A stretch of DNA of 64,000 nucleotides from Chitinophagaceae bacterium (GCA_016717285.1 JADKFU010000005.1:1735319-1799318), one strand, 5' to 3'; shown: positions 18,823 through 28,838, counted from the stretch's first letter. Notes: generated by a model not told the origin, from the letters alone. Numbers and translations: made by a program.

Positions 18823-19314
18823 TTAATTAGAAATGTTTTTATTGATGAAGGTCCTTAATTCTTCAGGACTGTTGAATGCATCATAATGTTCACGCTTTTC
18901 TCCATCCGGCAAAAGCAACACTGTGTAGGGAATGGCGCCTGACCAGTTGCTGTCAAATTCATCGATCCATTCGCCACCGGATTCGTTCAATTGCAGCAGT
19001 GTGCCGGTTAATGAAAGCTTATTAATCAATTCTTTCACTTTTGTGGTCTGCGACATAAAGTCGAGCGAAATAAAAATGAACTGCACGTTTTCATTCTTTG
19101 CCTCCTGTTGCAATGACATGAAGTAAGGAAGCTCTTCTACACAGGGCTTGCACCAGGTTGCCCAGAAATTAATAAGCTTCGGTTTTCCAGGTTCCGAAGT
19201 GAGTATTTTTTCCAGTTCTGTGTACTTCAAAATTTTCAGTTCCTGCGCTGAAGCTTGCTTCACAAAACAGTTGATGATGACTAAAATGAATACTAATCTC
19301 ATTATTCGATTCAA
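18823..19314 (-). CDS. TlpA-like thiol:disulfide oxidoreductase
   Basis: Signal peptide plus INFWATWCKPCVEELP (WCxxC). Confidence 0.8.
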   Translation of the reverse strand: MNRIMRLVFILVIINCFVKQASAQELKILKYTELEKILTSEPGKPKLINFWATWCKPCVEELPYFMSLQQEAKNENVQFIFISLDFMSQTTKVKELINKLSLTGTLLQLNESGGEWIDEFDSNWSGAIPYTVLLLPDGEKREHYDAFNSPEELRTFINKNISN

Positions 19315-19434
19315 AATTGGATATTAATTTTTGAAGTGATCGCAACGGCAGGCAATAATTCGACCAACTATTTAATTTGCCAAACAGCTATTGCCAAAGG
19401 CTCGATCAAAATTATTTCCTGTCGGGAAGAAATA

Positions 19435-20280
19435 CTACTTCAACGCGGTTCTAAAGTAGCGGATGGCAATCTGTTGCGCATCAGCAGAGAACTCTTTATT
19501 GTAATGTGGATTGGAAGGATTTGCAAAGGCATGATCAGCATCATATTCCTTCACCGTCAGTTTTTTCCCTGCTGCTTCCATGTTTTTAACAAAATTATTT
19601 TTCACTTCTTCATTGATCCACTGATCTTTATTAGCAAACATAAAAAGCACATCGCTGTTAAGATTTTTCAGTTTGGCAACATCGGTTTCCGGCATTCCGT
19701 AATACATCACGCAGGCTTTTGTTTGTTTGCCACCTATTAAAGCTGCCTGCATCGACCATCCGCCACCAAAGCACCAGCCAACAGTTGCCACTTTAGCATC
19801 TTTACCAACATGCGTAAAAGCACCTGTTATAATACTTCTGAGGCGCGCATCATTAACCGACTGCATTATTTTTCCTGCTTCTTCCGGGTTTGAAGTTACT
19901 TGTCCGTCGTACAGATCAATAGCCATTACATTTACATCTTTCAGTGAATCTGAATAAGTATCTGCCTGCTTTTTGATGTAGTCATTTAATCCCCACCATT
20001 CCTGGAAAACAAAAAGATATTTGTTTGATTTTGTTGCTGAAGGAATGAAGTATGCATTCGCAGTCTTTCCATCCTGGGTAGGATAAGTAATCATGTTTCC
20101 TTTCGCTGCATAGGTAAAAGCTATTGGTGATTCATGAGCACCGGTAAATCCTGCATTGCCTGCCAATGAAGCGAAAGTGGCGGTAGCGGAAGGAGCCTGG
20201 CAACAGGATTTTGATTGCTGTGCGAAAGTAGAGGTGGAGAGTGAGATAAGAGTCATAACAAAAAATGGTAATTTATTCAT
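19435..20280 (-). CDS. Dienelactone hydrolase family protein (secreted)
   Basis: VGWCFGGGWS nucleophile elbow region and a C-terminal YDADHAFANP, typical of the DLH family. Confidence 0.8.
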   Translation of the reverse strand: MNKLPFFVMTLISLSTSTFAQQSKSCCQAPSATATFASLAGNAGFTGAHESPIAFTYAAKGNMITYPTQDGKTANAYFIPSATKSNKYLFVFQEWWGLNDYIKKQADTYSDSLKDVNVMAIDLYDGQVTSNPEEAGKIMQSVNDARLRSIITGAFTHVGKDAKVATVGWCFGGGWSMQAALIGGKQTKACVMYYGMPETDVAKLKNLNSDVLFMFANKDQWINEEVKNNFVKNMEAAGKKLTVKEYDADHAFANPSNPHYNKEFSADAQQIAIRYFRTALK

Positions 20281-20521
20281 GATTGTTGGTTTTATGGTTT
20301 AAAGTTACATGCAACGCAGCAATCGGCAAATTGTTGAGGCGATTGAAATTTTTTAGTTTCTGGTGTTGTGTTAAGTTTGAATGGAGGTTAACCTGGCAGG
20401 ATTTCAAAAGTTAATAACAATGAAGCTATTCGATATGAACCCTGCCAAAGTTTACTTTACAGAGCGTTGTTTTAGTGCCATCTGAATTATTGAGATGAAT
20501 TCTTTTGTAAGGAAGCTCACC

Positions 20522-23500
20522 TTATTCTACCACCACTTTCTTAACACTCACTCCATCCTTGCCTTCCAGCTTCACAAAATAAATTCCCTTACCAAATGGT
20601 CTCAGATCAACAGGAATCGTTTCATCTTTTGAACTCAACGACAATGAATAACTGAGTACGACTGATCCGAGTGAATTCATCACGGTAATCGAATTTTTAG
20701 CAGAAGAAGCGTTCGTTACAATAAACTGGCCATCATTTGGATTGGGTGAAATGGTGAATGATGTTGAAGGGTTCAATTCATCGATTCCAATCAATACGGA
20801 AGAAGTCAGATTGATGTTATCTATGTAAAGCACATTTCCATAATAGCCAATGTTGCGGAAAGCAATCACCACTTCAGGATTGTCCGTAAATCCATCAAGC
20901 GAAACAGTATCAGTTCTCCATTCATCATTTCCCGGAATAAAGTAGTTGCCGTTGTTTCCGGGTACGGTAGAAAGATCATCGCCACCGCGTTTATAAAGTT
21001 GTGTGAAAGTGGCACCACAATCTGTTGAGGCCAGCACTGCCAGCGAATCCACGTATGGATATCCGTAAGGAACATAGGCCACATCAAATGTTAATCGCGC
21101 ATCCGCAAAATTGCTGAGGTTGTACTTTGCCGTATGCACGTCCACAAAACCTCCCTGCAAATCACTGTCGTAGTTATCGTAGTACATACAATGATCGCTC
21201 AATCCGTAGCCACCCACTTCTTCATTAATGCTCCATTGCGTTAATAACCAGTTAGCATCAAACTGACCTTGCTCAAAACCTTCAGCAATCGGCAATGACT
21301 GCACACTTACTCCATCAATCACAATTGTTTTAGTGATGGTATCACTCAAAGTGCCGTCGGTTACAATTAAAGTGACATCGTAAGTTCCTGGTACGGAAAA
21401 TATTGCAGCAGGATTTTTTATACTGGACATTGAAGGACTCGCGCCATTGATCTGCCATTGGTAGGTTGCAGCAGCAGTTGCCACTGAATGATCTGAAAAG
21501 TAAATCGTATCGCCGGAACAATAAATGGTATGATTCCCAATTGCGAAATCAGCGATTAAATCAGAGGGTTCATAAAAATCATTTTCCCAAACACCTACAT
21601 GCCATGTTGCCAACCTGATCTTCTGACCTTTGTAAAACGGAACAATCTTCAACGGTTCTGAAACGGCAGGCAACCCATTACCATGAACTGCCCAATCTGT
21701 CATTACATTATTCCGGTAGAAAACAATGCCCTGCTTCATTGCAAGATAAACTCCACCATTGGTACCAAACTGATGTGTTAGACTCCACACATTCATATTG
21801 TCGAGAGCAGGAGTGGAGATGTTTGTCCAGGTGGTGCCGCCATTCGTTGAATGATAAATCTTTGATCCATTCGGTCCATTGGTAAATGACAACCACAATT
21901 CATTTTCATTATTTCCGCTTAAGGTGAAGTTGAGATACTTCTGATTGGCAACCGGTAAAGTCAGTTGTGCCCACGTTATTCCGCCATCTGTAGTTTTCCA
22001 AAGCACACTTTTCGATGATTGTAAATGCTGTGCATACATGATATTAGTGTTCACCCTGCTTTGTTCGATCCAAAGAATTTTTTGATTGACATTAGTGCCG
22101 AAAGTGTGATAGGTAAAGAAACTGGATCCGCCATCAGTGCTTTTATAGAGTTTGTTTTCTTTTCCCAGGTAAGCAATGTGATAGTTGTTCCAGTCGAAGA
22201 TGATGCGTGAACTTTCTCCCTGGTAATAACTTTCATTCGGCTGACCTGATCCGCCGGTATATTTTGCAAGTCCATCAATCTGATCAGGTAAAACAACACT
22301 TCCGATATCTGAGAAAAAAGCTTTTCGTTCATCACTGTAATTGACATAACCGGTAGCTGCTTCACCGCCACCAAGTGCAAGAAATTCACCATCAGGAAAT
22401 CCTTCAGCAAATCCCATGTCGCCGTTATGATAACGTCCACCTACCATCATGTCTTCATTCCATCCCTGGTCGAAGCCCCAGAGTTCTGTCGCATAAATAC
22501 CATTGCATTTTGATTGATGTGTTTCGAGGAAATCGGTGGAATGATTTACGCCTCCATCGCTGCTCCACCAAACGTCTTCAGTAGTATCGGAAGTTTTATA
22601 GTTACGGATTGTTTGTATGTCAACGTGCATTAATGGCAATCCGCCGATGTAACCACCAACGCCCTGGTAGGAAACAGCACCATCATCAGAGCGCCACATG
22701 TTTAATCCGCCGATAAGTATTCTGTTTTCATCAAGGTGCGATGCAACGATAAATGTGTTGTAGTAGATCTGGTTGTAATCAGCAGAATGGCCGTCAAAAT
22801 CCATAAGGCATGGATGTGTGTCAAAATCATACGGCTCACCAATTAATACATGTGGGTTGTTCCATAATTCACCGGAGTTGTTACTTACATAGGTGCCAAT
22901 AAATCCTCCGAGTTGCAACTGTGCTGTGGATTGACTCGTGCCTACAAGCAGCACATACACTTTTTCAGGATTGGCTTCTGTTACAGCAATTCTTCCACCA
23001 TAGCTTTCAATTTTTCCCGCATCAACGGGAGGCACTTCAAACCAACCATCGCTGTATTTGGTAAATGTTGCACCGTAGTTTATTGATTTGTAGAAATAAG
23101 AAATCTTTGTGGCAGGATCATATTGCAATGCATAAATCGTGGAAGGATCATTTGGCTTGATGTTAATAGACATGCAGTAATCAGGTAAAATCTCTGTCCA
23201 GTTTTGACCGCCATCTGTAGTGCGAAACATTCCTTTATTGGTACCGATGTAAATGATGTTTGGATCACCCGGATTATAAATCAGATCATCTGCAGTGAAA
23301 TTAAGAGCTTGAAAAGCTGCATCACCAATAGCGTTCCAGGTTGAGCCACCATCATTCGTTTTATACAATTTACCACCACCGGCAAACAACATTTCATTTT
23401 CATTGGTGGGATGAATACGCACCGCTCTTGAAGTAAAGATGAGCAGGTTGGGCGTAACTAAATTCCACGATTCGCCGGCATCAACAGATTTATAAATGCC

Positions 23501-23992
23501 GCCACTTTCACTTCCCGCAATCAATAGGTTGGGATTGCTTTGAGAACGATCTATTCCATAAATATTCGCTTGTTCAGAAATGGGTTCAAACGGACTGTTC
23601 TCATTTGTTTTTGTTGAATAATGAATATCAGGGCCGGCATGTGTCCATCCGCTGCGAACATTGTTTGATAAATCGGTGCGTTGCCTTAATTGCTGATTGA
23701 TTTCTTCAGCAGAAGGATAGCGAATAAATCCTTTTTCATCCAAAAAAGAACTCACTCTTCTGCGCCAGGTTGTGTACAGTCGCGCATAGATATCATTCTC
23801 CGGTTCACGACCTTCAAAGTACGCTTCATATGCGCTGTCCACTGCAAATACACTTTCAGATTCATCATACATCATCTTCACCCATTGCGGGAGATTGGGA
23901 TCATCAGCATTTATTTTAGGTTGTGAATATTGCGCGATTGATTGAATGGAAAGAAAACACAGAACGGCAATGATGATTGTAATTTTTTTCAT
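20522..23992 (-). CDS. BNR/Asp-box repeat beta-propeller protein (sortilin/GH74-like) with PKD domain and T9SS CTD
   Basis: Repeated SxDxGxTW boxes (SVDAGESWN, TNDGGSTWN, TTDGGQNWT, STDGGSSF, TTDGGITWA, STNGGTTWT). PKD-like segment GTYDVTLIVTDGTLSDT. C-terminus ISPNPNDGQFIV...GIYFVKLEGKDGVSVKKVVVE. ATG at 23992 (MKKITIIIAVLCFLSIQSIAQ) is preferred. Confidence 0.75.
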   Translation of the reverse strand: MKKITIIIAVLCFLSIQSIAQYSQPKINADDPNLPQWVKMMYDESESVFAVDSAYEAYFEGREPENDIYARLYTTWRRRVSSFLDEKGFIRYPSAEEINQQLRQRTDLSNNVRSGWTHAGPDIHYSTKTNENSPFEPISEQANIYGIDRSQSNPNLLIAGSESGGIYKSVDAGESWNLVTPNLLIFTSRAVRIHPTNENEMLFAGGGKLYKTNDGGSTWNAIGDAAFQALNFTADDLIYNPGDPNIIYIGTNKGMFRTTDGGQNWTEILPDYCMSINIKPNDPSTIYALQYDPATKISYFYKSINYGATFTKYSDGWFEVPPVDAGKIESYGGRIAVTEANPEKVYVLLVGTSQSTAQLQLGGFIGTYVSNNSGELWNNPHVLIGEPYDFDTHPCLMDFDGHSADYNQIYYNTFIVASHLDENRILIGGLNMWRSDDGAVSYQGVGGYIGGLPLMHVDIQTIRNYKTSDTTEDVWWSSDGGVNHSTDFLETHQSKCNGIYATELWGFDQGWNEDMMVGGRYHNGDMGFAEGFPDGEFLALGGGEAATGYVNYSDERKAFFSDIGSVVLPDQIDGLAKYTGGSGQPNESYYQGESSRIIFDWNNYHIAYLGKENKLYKSTDGGSSFFTYHTFGTNVNQKILWIEQSRVNTNIMYAQHLQSSKSVLWKTTDGGITWAQLTLPVANQKYLNFTLSGNNENELWLSFTNGPNGSKIYHSTNGGTTWTNISTPALDNMNVWSLTHQFGTNGGVYLAMKQGIVFYRNNVMTDWAVHGNGLPAVSEPLKIVPFYKGQKIRLATWHVGVWENDFYEPSDLIADFAIGNHTIYCSGDTIYFSDHSVATAAATYQWQINGASPSMSSIKNPAAIFSVPGTYDVTLIVTDGTLSDTITKTIVIDGVSVQSLPIAEGFEQGQFDANWLLTQWSINEEVGGYGLSDHCMYYDNYDSDLQGGFVDVHTAKYNLSNFADARLTFDVAYVPYGYPYVDSLAVLASTDCGATFTQLYKRGGDDLSTVPGNNGNYFIPGNDEWRTDTVSLDGFTDNPEVVIAFRNIGYYGNVLYIDNINLTSSVLIGIDELNPSTSFTISPNPNDGQFIVTNASSAKNSITVMNSLGSVVLSYSLSLSSKDETIPVDLRPFGKGIYFVKLEGKDGVSVKKVVVE

Positions 23993-24112
23993 GGAGGAAT
24001 TTATTAGAAGTGGATGCAAAGGTATAGTTATTGTATTCCCATCAAACACACGTATCGGCTAACGCATTCCTATCATTACTTTCGAATAAATTAACTTTAC
24101 AAAAAAAACAAC

Positions 24113-26290
24113 ATGCAGCGTCTTTATACATTCTTATTTGTATTCATTATTTGCGGATTTCAACTGCAGGCACAAAACTGTCAAACGAATCCGCCTGGTG
24201 GTTTAAAGCTTAGCAACTTCACTTCCTGCAGTATTAAACTTACCTGGAAACCTGGTGCGCCTAATGCAAAATTCCAGGTGCGGTATAAGCCGGCTACGGC
24301 TACTCAATGGTCTAATTGGATAAAGACCAGCACGGATACCTTCTATACCTTTTCCAGCCTCAAAGCGGGAAAGAAATATGATTTCAATGTGCAGTCAAAA
24401 TGCACGGACGGCTCTCAAAGCGCTGCTGTAAGTAAGTCAGGAAAAACACTTGTTTGCACGCTTCCTGATGTTCTGAATATAGTTGCAGCCAGCAGCACCA
24501 CGGTGAAGATTACAGCACAAACAAGTTGCCCTTTTGCAAAATTCAGCGTCAGGTACACTACCGCAACAGGAGTTTCGACCATTAAGACTTTTCAACCGGC
24601 GTCCACTTATCTTATCACAGATCTGCTGCCTGATTCTACCTACCTGTTTGAAGTGACTACCTGCAAGCTCGATCAAAATAACTGGACGGCAGCGCAACCC
24701 ATTCACCTTCCGAAGCTGCCCAACATTGTATTTATTTTAATTGATGATGCACGCTCAGATTATTTCAGTTGCTGCGGGGCATTTCCGTTTTTTCATACAC
24801 CCAACATCGACCGTATTGCTAACGAAGGTGTAAATTTTAAGAGAAGTTATGTGGTTACTTCGATGTGTGCACCCAGTCGTGCTTCTATTGCCACAGGCTT
24901 ATTTACATTGAAAACAGGGGTATTTGAAAATGGCACTTCGCTGGATACTTCAAAAACAACCTTCCCCGAAATACTTCATAACAACGGATATTATACAGCA
25001 TTGATCGGAAAAAACCACAACACGTTTTTGCAGGAAGGAAAAGATGAATTTGATTATTCACTGGAATCGCATGACGAGAACCAGGGACAGATCAATTATC
25101 TCTTCAACGGCGTGATAAAAATTATTGACAAGCCGAATGTAGAAACGCTCACTGATTCGGCGATTGCAATCATCAACAGGGTAGATGATCCACTTCTACT
25201 CTGGTTAGCCTACAGAACACCACATTACCCAAATGATCCGTTGGCAGCGTATGAAGGAAACATGGCGAATGCAGCGCTTCCCTGGAAGCCGGACACTGCT
25301 AAATATTCCGTAAACTATCCTTCATTTTTGTATGATGGCAATAATGAAGATCTTTTGCATGGCAAGGCTATGGATTCTACTTACAAAAGATTGTTGGAAG
25401 TAATTGAAGGTTTAGATAGTTGTGTGGGAATTTTGTACGACGCATTGGAGAGTACAGGTAAACTTGACAACACACTTTTAATTTTTATGTCTGATAACGG
25501 ATTTACGTTGGGAAGTCACTGGCTGAATGGCAAATCCGTAGCTTATGAGCCCTCAATGAAAGTTCCATTACTGATACGGTATCCGGAATGGTTTGCTGCA
25601 GGCACTTCTGTTTCAGATCAGATCGTCACCAACCTTGATATCGCGCCCACTGTTTACCAACTTACGGGAATCAATTATACCGAACCATTGGATGGCGGAT
25701 CGTTGAAAAATATTTATGATGGAACCTATAACCGTTCCTCATTTTACTACCTGATGCTGAATGAAGGCAATGGCTCACCATCGAAGCGTGCTATTCGCGA
25801 TCTGCATTACAAGTACATTCATTACACCTGCTTTACTGATACGGTAGAAGAATTTTTCGACATGGTAAATGATTCGCTTGAACTCACCAACCTCGTGAAC
25901 AATCACAATTATGATGCTTTAGTACAAACCTACCGGGAAAAATATGATTCCATCAGGTTGGCTTTCGGTGATGTTAGTCCGGGTCCTATCAAACCCTGTT
26001 ACATTTCGCACCCTTATGTGCTGAAAGAAATGCTGGATGCTTCAGAAGAGCCGCAAACCACACCACTTGTTTATCCAACCATCACTCGTGATAACATTGA
26101 AGTCTATATTCCATGGAAGCAGGCCGATGCCATTCTGTATAATGAATTTGGAAAAGCAGTAGGTAAGTGGAAGCTGGAAGAAACTTACAGCAAAATAGAT
26201 TTCCCTGCGCTTGCAGCCGGAATTTATTATCTGCAACTTTCTAATGACGCGACATCTGTTACGAAGAAACTGATTATTACTGAGGAATAG
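24113..26290 (+). CDS. Sulfatase (formylglycine-dependent) with N-terminal FN3-like domains and T9SS CTD
   Basis: The CAPSRASIATG (C-x-P-x-R) sulfatase signature is preceded by IFILIDDARSD. There are two N-terminal FN3-like modules (SCSIKLTWKPG...FQVRYKP...W). C-terminus GIYYLQLSNDATSVTKKLIITEE. Confidence 0.85.
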   Translation: MQRLYTFLFVFIICGFQLQAQNCQTNPPGGLKLSNFTSCSIKLTWKPGAPNAKFQVRYKPATATQWSNWIKTSTDTFYTFSSLKAGKKYDFNVQSKCTDGSQSAAVSKSGKTLVCTLPDVLNIVAASSTTVKITAQTSCPFAKFSVRYTTATGVSTIKTFQPASTYLITDLLPDSTYLFEVTTCKLDQNNWTAAQPIHLPKLPNIVFILIDDARSDYFSCCGAFPFFHTPNIDRIANEGVNFKRSYVVTSMCAPSRASIATGLFTLKTGVFENGTSLDTSKTTFPEILHNNGYYTALIGKNHNTFLQEGKDEFDYSLESHDENQGQINYLFNGVIKIIDKPNVETLTDSAIAIINRVDDPLLLWLAYRTPHYPNDPLAAYEGNMANAALPWKPDTAKYSVNYPSFLYDGNNEDLLHGKAMDSTYKRLLEVIEGLDSCVGILYDALESTGKLDNTLLIFMSDNGFTLGSHWLNGKSVAYEPSMKVPLLIRYPEWFAAGTSVSDQIVTNLDIAPTVYQLTGINYTEPLDGGSLKNIYDGTYNRSSFYYLMLNEGNGSPSKRAIRDLHYKYIHYTCFTDTVEEFFDMVNDSLELTNLVNNHNYDALVQTYREKYDSIRLAFGDVSPGPIKPCYISHPYVLKEMLDASEEPQTTPLVYPTITRDNIEVYIPWKQADAILYNEFGKAVGKWKLEETYSKIDFPALAAGIYYLQLSNDATSVTKKLIITEE

Positions 26291-26368
26291 TTACGGATAA
26301 TAATTAGCGCCTTTCGACAAACTCAGGGAGCGGTTGACATGAACAGTTTGAAGTTTGACGAAGATGAG

Positions 26369-26914
26369 TCAAATAATTCCGGTCAACATCAATTGCTTAG
26401 CTTTCAATACAGCAATTACGGTTGGAGCATCCATCACTTCATTGTTCATCACCATCTGAAATAAAGTTTCAAACGGAATTTTCTTCACTTGCAGAATTTC
26501 TGTTTCCTCAGGTGATGACTGATGAAAACTCAATCCCTTGGCTACATAGATCATTGCTTTTTCATCAGTTCCGGAATTAGAGAGATGGCAGGTTGCAATC
26601 TGAGTCCATTGCTGCGCCACAATTCCGCATTCTTCCTGCAACTCACGCTTGGCGGAATCTAAAGGATCCGTTCCCAATGGGCCACCACCTTCCGGAATTT
26701 CCCAACTGTATTCTTCCATGGGAAAACGGTACTGACCAACAATCCAGGTATTGTAATCGTCATCCAAAGGCAAGATGCAGATAGCAAGATTTTTAAAATG
26801 CACCACGCTGTATATTCCGGGATTGCCTGCAGGATTGGTGACCTGATGTTCTACCACGTTCACCCAGGGATTGTCGTAGTGTTCTTTAGTCGAAAGTATT
26901 TTCCAGGGATTCAT
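26369..26914 (-). CDS. NUDIX hydrolase (ADP-ribose pyrophosphatase-like)
   Basis: Nudix box GGGPLGTDPLDSAKRELQEECGI. Confidence 0.85.
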   Translation of the reverse strand: MNPWKILSTKEHYDNPWVNVVEHQVTNPAGNPGIYSVVHFKNLAICILPLDDDYNTWIVGQYRFPMEEYSWEIPEGGGPLGTDPLDSAKRELQEECGIVAQQWTQIATCHLSNSGTDEKAMIYVAKGLSFHQSSPEETEILQVKKIPFETLFQMVMNNEVMDAPTVIAVLKAKQLMLTGII

Positions 26915-26930
26915 AACGAAAGAGTTTAAA

Positions 26931-27095
26931 ATGTTTAGGTTGTTTAGAAGGTTTATATTGTTTCGTCGCTACTGCCAATCGATTAGTTAATAATGTGAGT
27001 CAACAGTTCATACTTTAGTTGATCATGTTTAGATTGTTGAGAGGGTTTAGGTTGTTGTACCCACTACGATCAAAGTAATCAGTTAATTATTCAGA
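26931..27095. repeat. Two imperfect ~70-nt direct repeats in the NUDIX-cobB spacer
   Basis: Unit 1 (26931..26999) starts ATGTTTAGGTTGTTTAGAAGGTTTATATTGTT.... Unit 2 (27025..27095) starts ATGTTTAGATTGTTGAGAGGGTTTAGGTTGTT.... They are alignable over their whole length, roughly three quarters identical by eye. Confidence 0.6.
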
Positions 27096-27112
27096 GCTAT
27101 GGTTGAATTACT

Positions 27113-27808
27113 TCATCGCTTATACTTCTCTACAATTCTTTCCACCAATGCCGGCACGCCATCACTTGCTTTCGCTTCAATGATTTCAAGGTTGTTCAAC
27201 TTAGGTATTTCCGGAATGTTTGGATCAACTAAAAATTTAAGCGAACTGTAAGGTGCATAATTTATCAATCCGGCTGCCGGATAGACTTGGAGCGATGTTC
27301 CAACCACAATTAATATTGCTGCTTCGCTGCTTACAGCGGCGGCCTGTTCCATCATCGGAACGGCTTCATGAAACCAGACTACATGAGGACGCAACTGTGA
27401 TCCCAATTCACATTTATCACCTAATAAAATATCTCCATGACATTTGTACAAAAGATCGGAATCAGCGGAACTTCTTGATTTCAGAATTTCTCCATGCAGG
27501 TGAATAATGTTTTTAGAACCTGCACGCTCATGCAAATCATCAATATTCTGTGTAATGATGGTTACGTTGAAATGTTCTTCCAATTTTACCAATGCCTTGT
27601 GTGCTGCATTGGGTTGCGCTTTAAGTACATCTCTTCTTCGTTCATTGTAAAAAGCAAGTACCATGACAGGATCTTTCATCCATGCCATCGGTGTTGCAAC
27701 ATCTTCTACCCGGTAATTTTCCCACAATCCATCGGAATCACGAAATGTTTTTAAACCGCTTTCAGCACTGATGCCTGCTCCTGTGAGCACTACCAAATTC
27801 TTTTTCAT
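27113..27808 (-). CDS. cobB: NAD-dependent protein deacylase (Sir2 family)
   Basis: GAGISAESGLKTFRDSDGLW, ITQNIDDLHERAG and HLHGE motifs. Confidence 0.9.
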   Translation of the reverse strand: MKKNLVVLTGAGISAESGLKTFRDSDGLWENYRVEDVATPMAWMKDPVMVLAFYNERRRDVLKAQPNAAHKALVKLEEHFNVTIITQNIDDLHERAGSKNIIHLHGEILKSRSSADSDLLYKCHGDILLGDKCELGSQLRPHVVWFHEAVPMMEQAAAVSSEAAILIVVGTSLQVYPAAGLINYAPYSSLKFLVDPNIPEIPKLNNLEIIEAKASDGVPALVERIVEKYKR

Positions 27809-27901
27809 CCTGTGTATATTTCATTTTGAAATCATTGTGCAAAAGTAAGCAGACAGCCCTCTTTTTATAGAATAGGTTTCGGTTAACTTTGTCGCAAATA
27901 A

Positions 27902-28483
27902 TTGGTGACATTGCCGGAGACAGATAATACTTTTATAAAATATTTCCGAAGCATTCTTGCGGTCGCGAGTCTGCTGATTTTATTTATTTTTCAGTCTGCA
28001 ACAGCTCAAAATCCGGGCTTGCCACCAACAGGTCAGCGGCCGAAACCTCCTCCTGTTTACCTGCTCAATTTAACGCCTTTGGACGGCGGAAAACCTTACA
28101 CCTTATTCCGTAATACAAAGGTGCATGCAACACTTGTTAATGGAACCGACATTTCAGGTAAAGTAAAGGCAGTTACCAGGGATTCCATTTACATTGACAG
28201 CAGATTTTATGGCTTGCGGGACATCACTGAATTCCGGTTCAATCCCGGAACTGTACTTGGTGCAGCCGCAGCCATTGGTGCCTGCGCGGGTATTGTAACC
28301 ATTGCAATAACGGCTAATGGAGGAAAGGATGGTGAGCGTTCTGACGGTGAAAACATTGCATTCTGGAGCGGTGTTGGAGTCACGGTTGTAAGCGCGGCAT
28401 TATTAGTCCCCAATTATTTTATCAAGAAAAGATTCCCGCGCACCAAATATGATTTCCGCACGATTCAGATTGGAACCTTTTGA
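27902..28483 (+). CDS. Hypothetical secreted/membrane protein
   Basis: ORF with a hydrophobic N-terminus (ILAVASLLILFIFQSATAQ) and a Gly/Ala-rich hydrophobic C-terminal region. Only non-ATG starts are available (TTG 27902, GTG 27905). Confidence 0.4.
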   Translation: MVTLPETDNTFIKYFRSILAVASLLILFIFQSATAQNPGLPPTGQRPKPPPVYLLNLTPLDGGKPYTLFRNTKVHATLVNGTDISGKVKAVTRDSIYIDSRFYGLRDITEFRFNPGTVLGAAAAIGACAGIVTIAITANGGKDGERSDGENIAFWSGVGVTVVSAALLVPNYFIKKRFPRTKYDFRTIQIGTF

Positions 28484-28559
28484 AATTGCCTTTCACAAAT
28501 TTTAAACGTAGGCGGCGCGATAAGTTAATCTCAACTTCATCTTCACGCTAAGTCATTCA

Positions 28560-28838
28560 GGGGGGGGCCCCTTTTCCCCCCCCCCCCCCCCCCCTTTTTT
28601 GGCCCCCGGTAAAAAAAAAAAAAAGCGCGCCACCCCCGGGGGCCCGGCGGCCCCCCCCAAGGGGGCGGGGGCAGACGGGGCCCCCCCAGGAAGGGAGGCG
28701 CCGGGGGGGGGGGGGGGGGGCCCCCCGGGGCGCCCAAAAAAAAGACAAAAAGGGGGGGGGGGCCCCCGGCGCCCCCCCCGGCCCCAAACGGGAAATCTTT
28801 TTCCCCCCCCTTTTGGCCCTTCTCCCCCCATTTTTTTA
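28560..28838. other. Anomalous homopolymer-run block 1 (non-coding, probably a technical artefact)
   Basis: About 280 nt made almost entirely of consecutive mononucleotide runs (for example C19, G18, A14), GC-rich in an AT-rich genome. Located between two convergent 3' ends. Confidence 0.9.

Noticed and set aside
27113-27808. Sir2 protein as part of an anti-phage system (Thoeris/DSR/SIR2-HerA type).
   Set aside because: It is a 231-aa single-domain protein with canonical CobB motifs. It has no fused or adjacent TIR, HerA, STAND or other effector/sensor gene, and its neighbours are metabolic.
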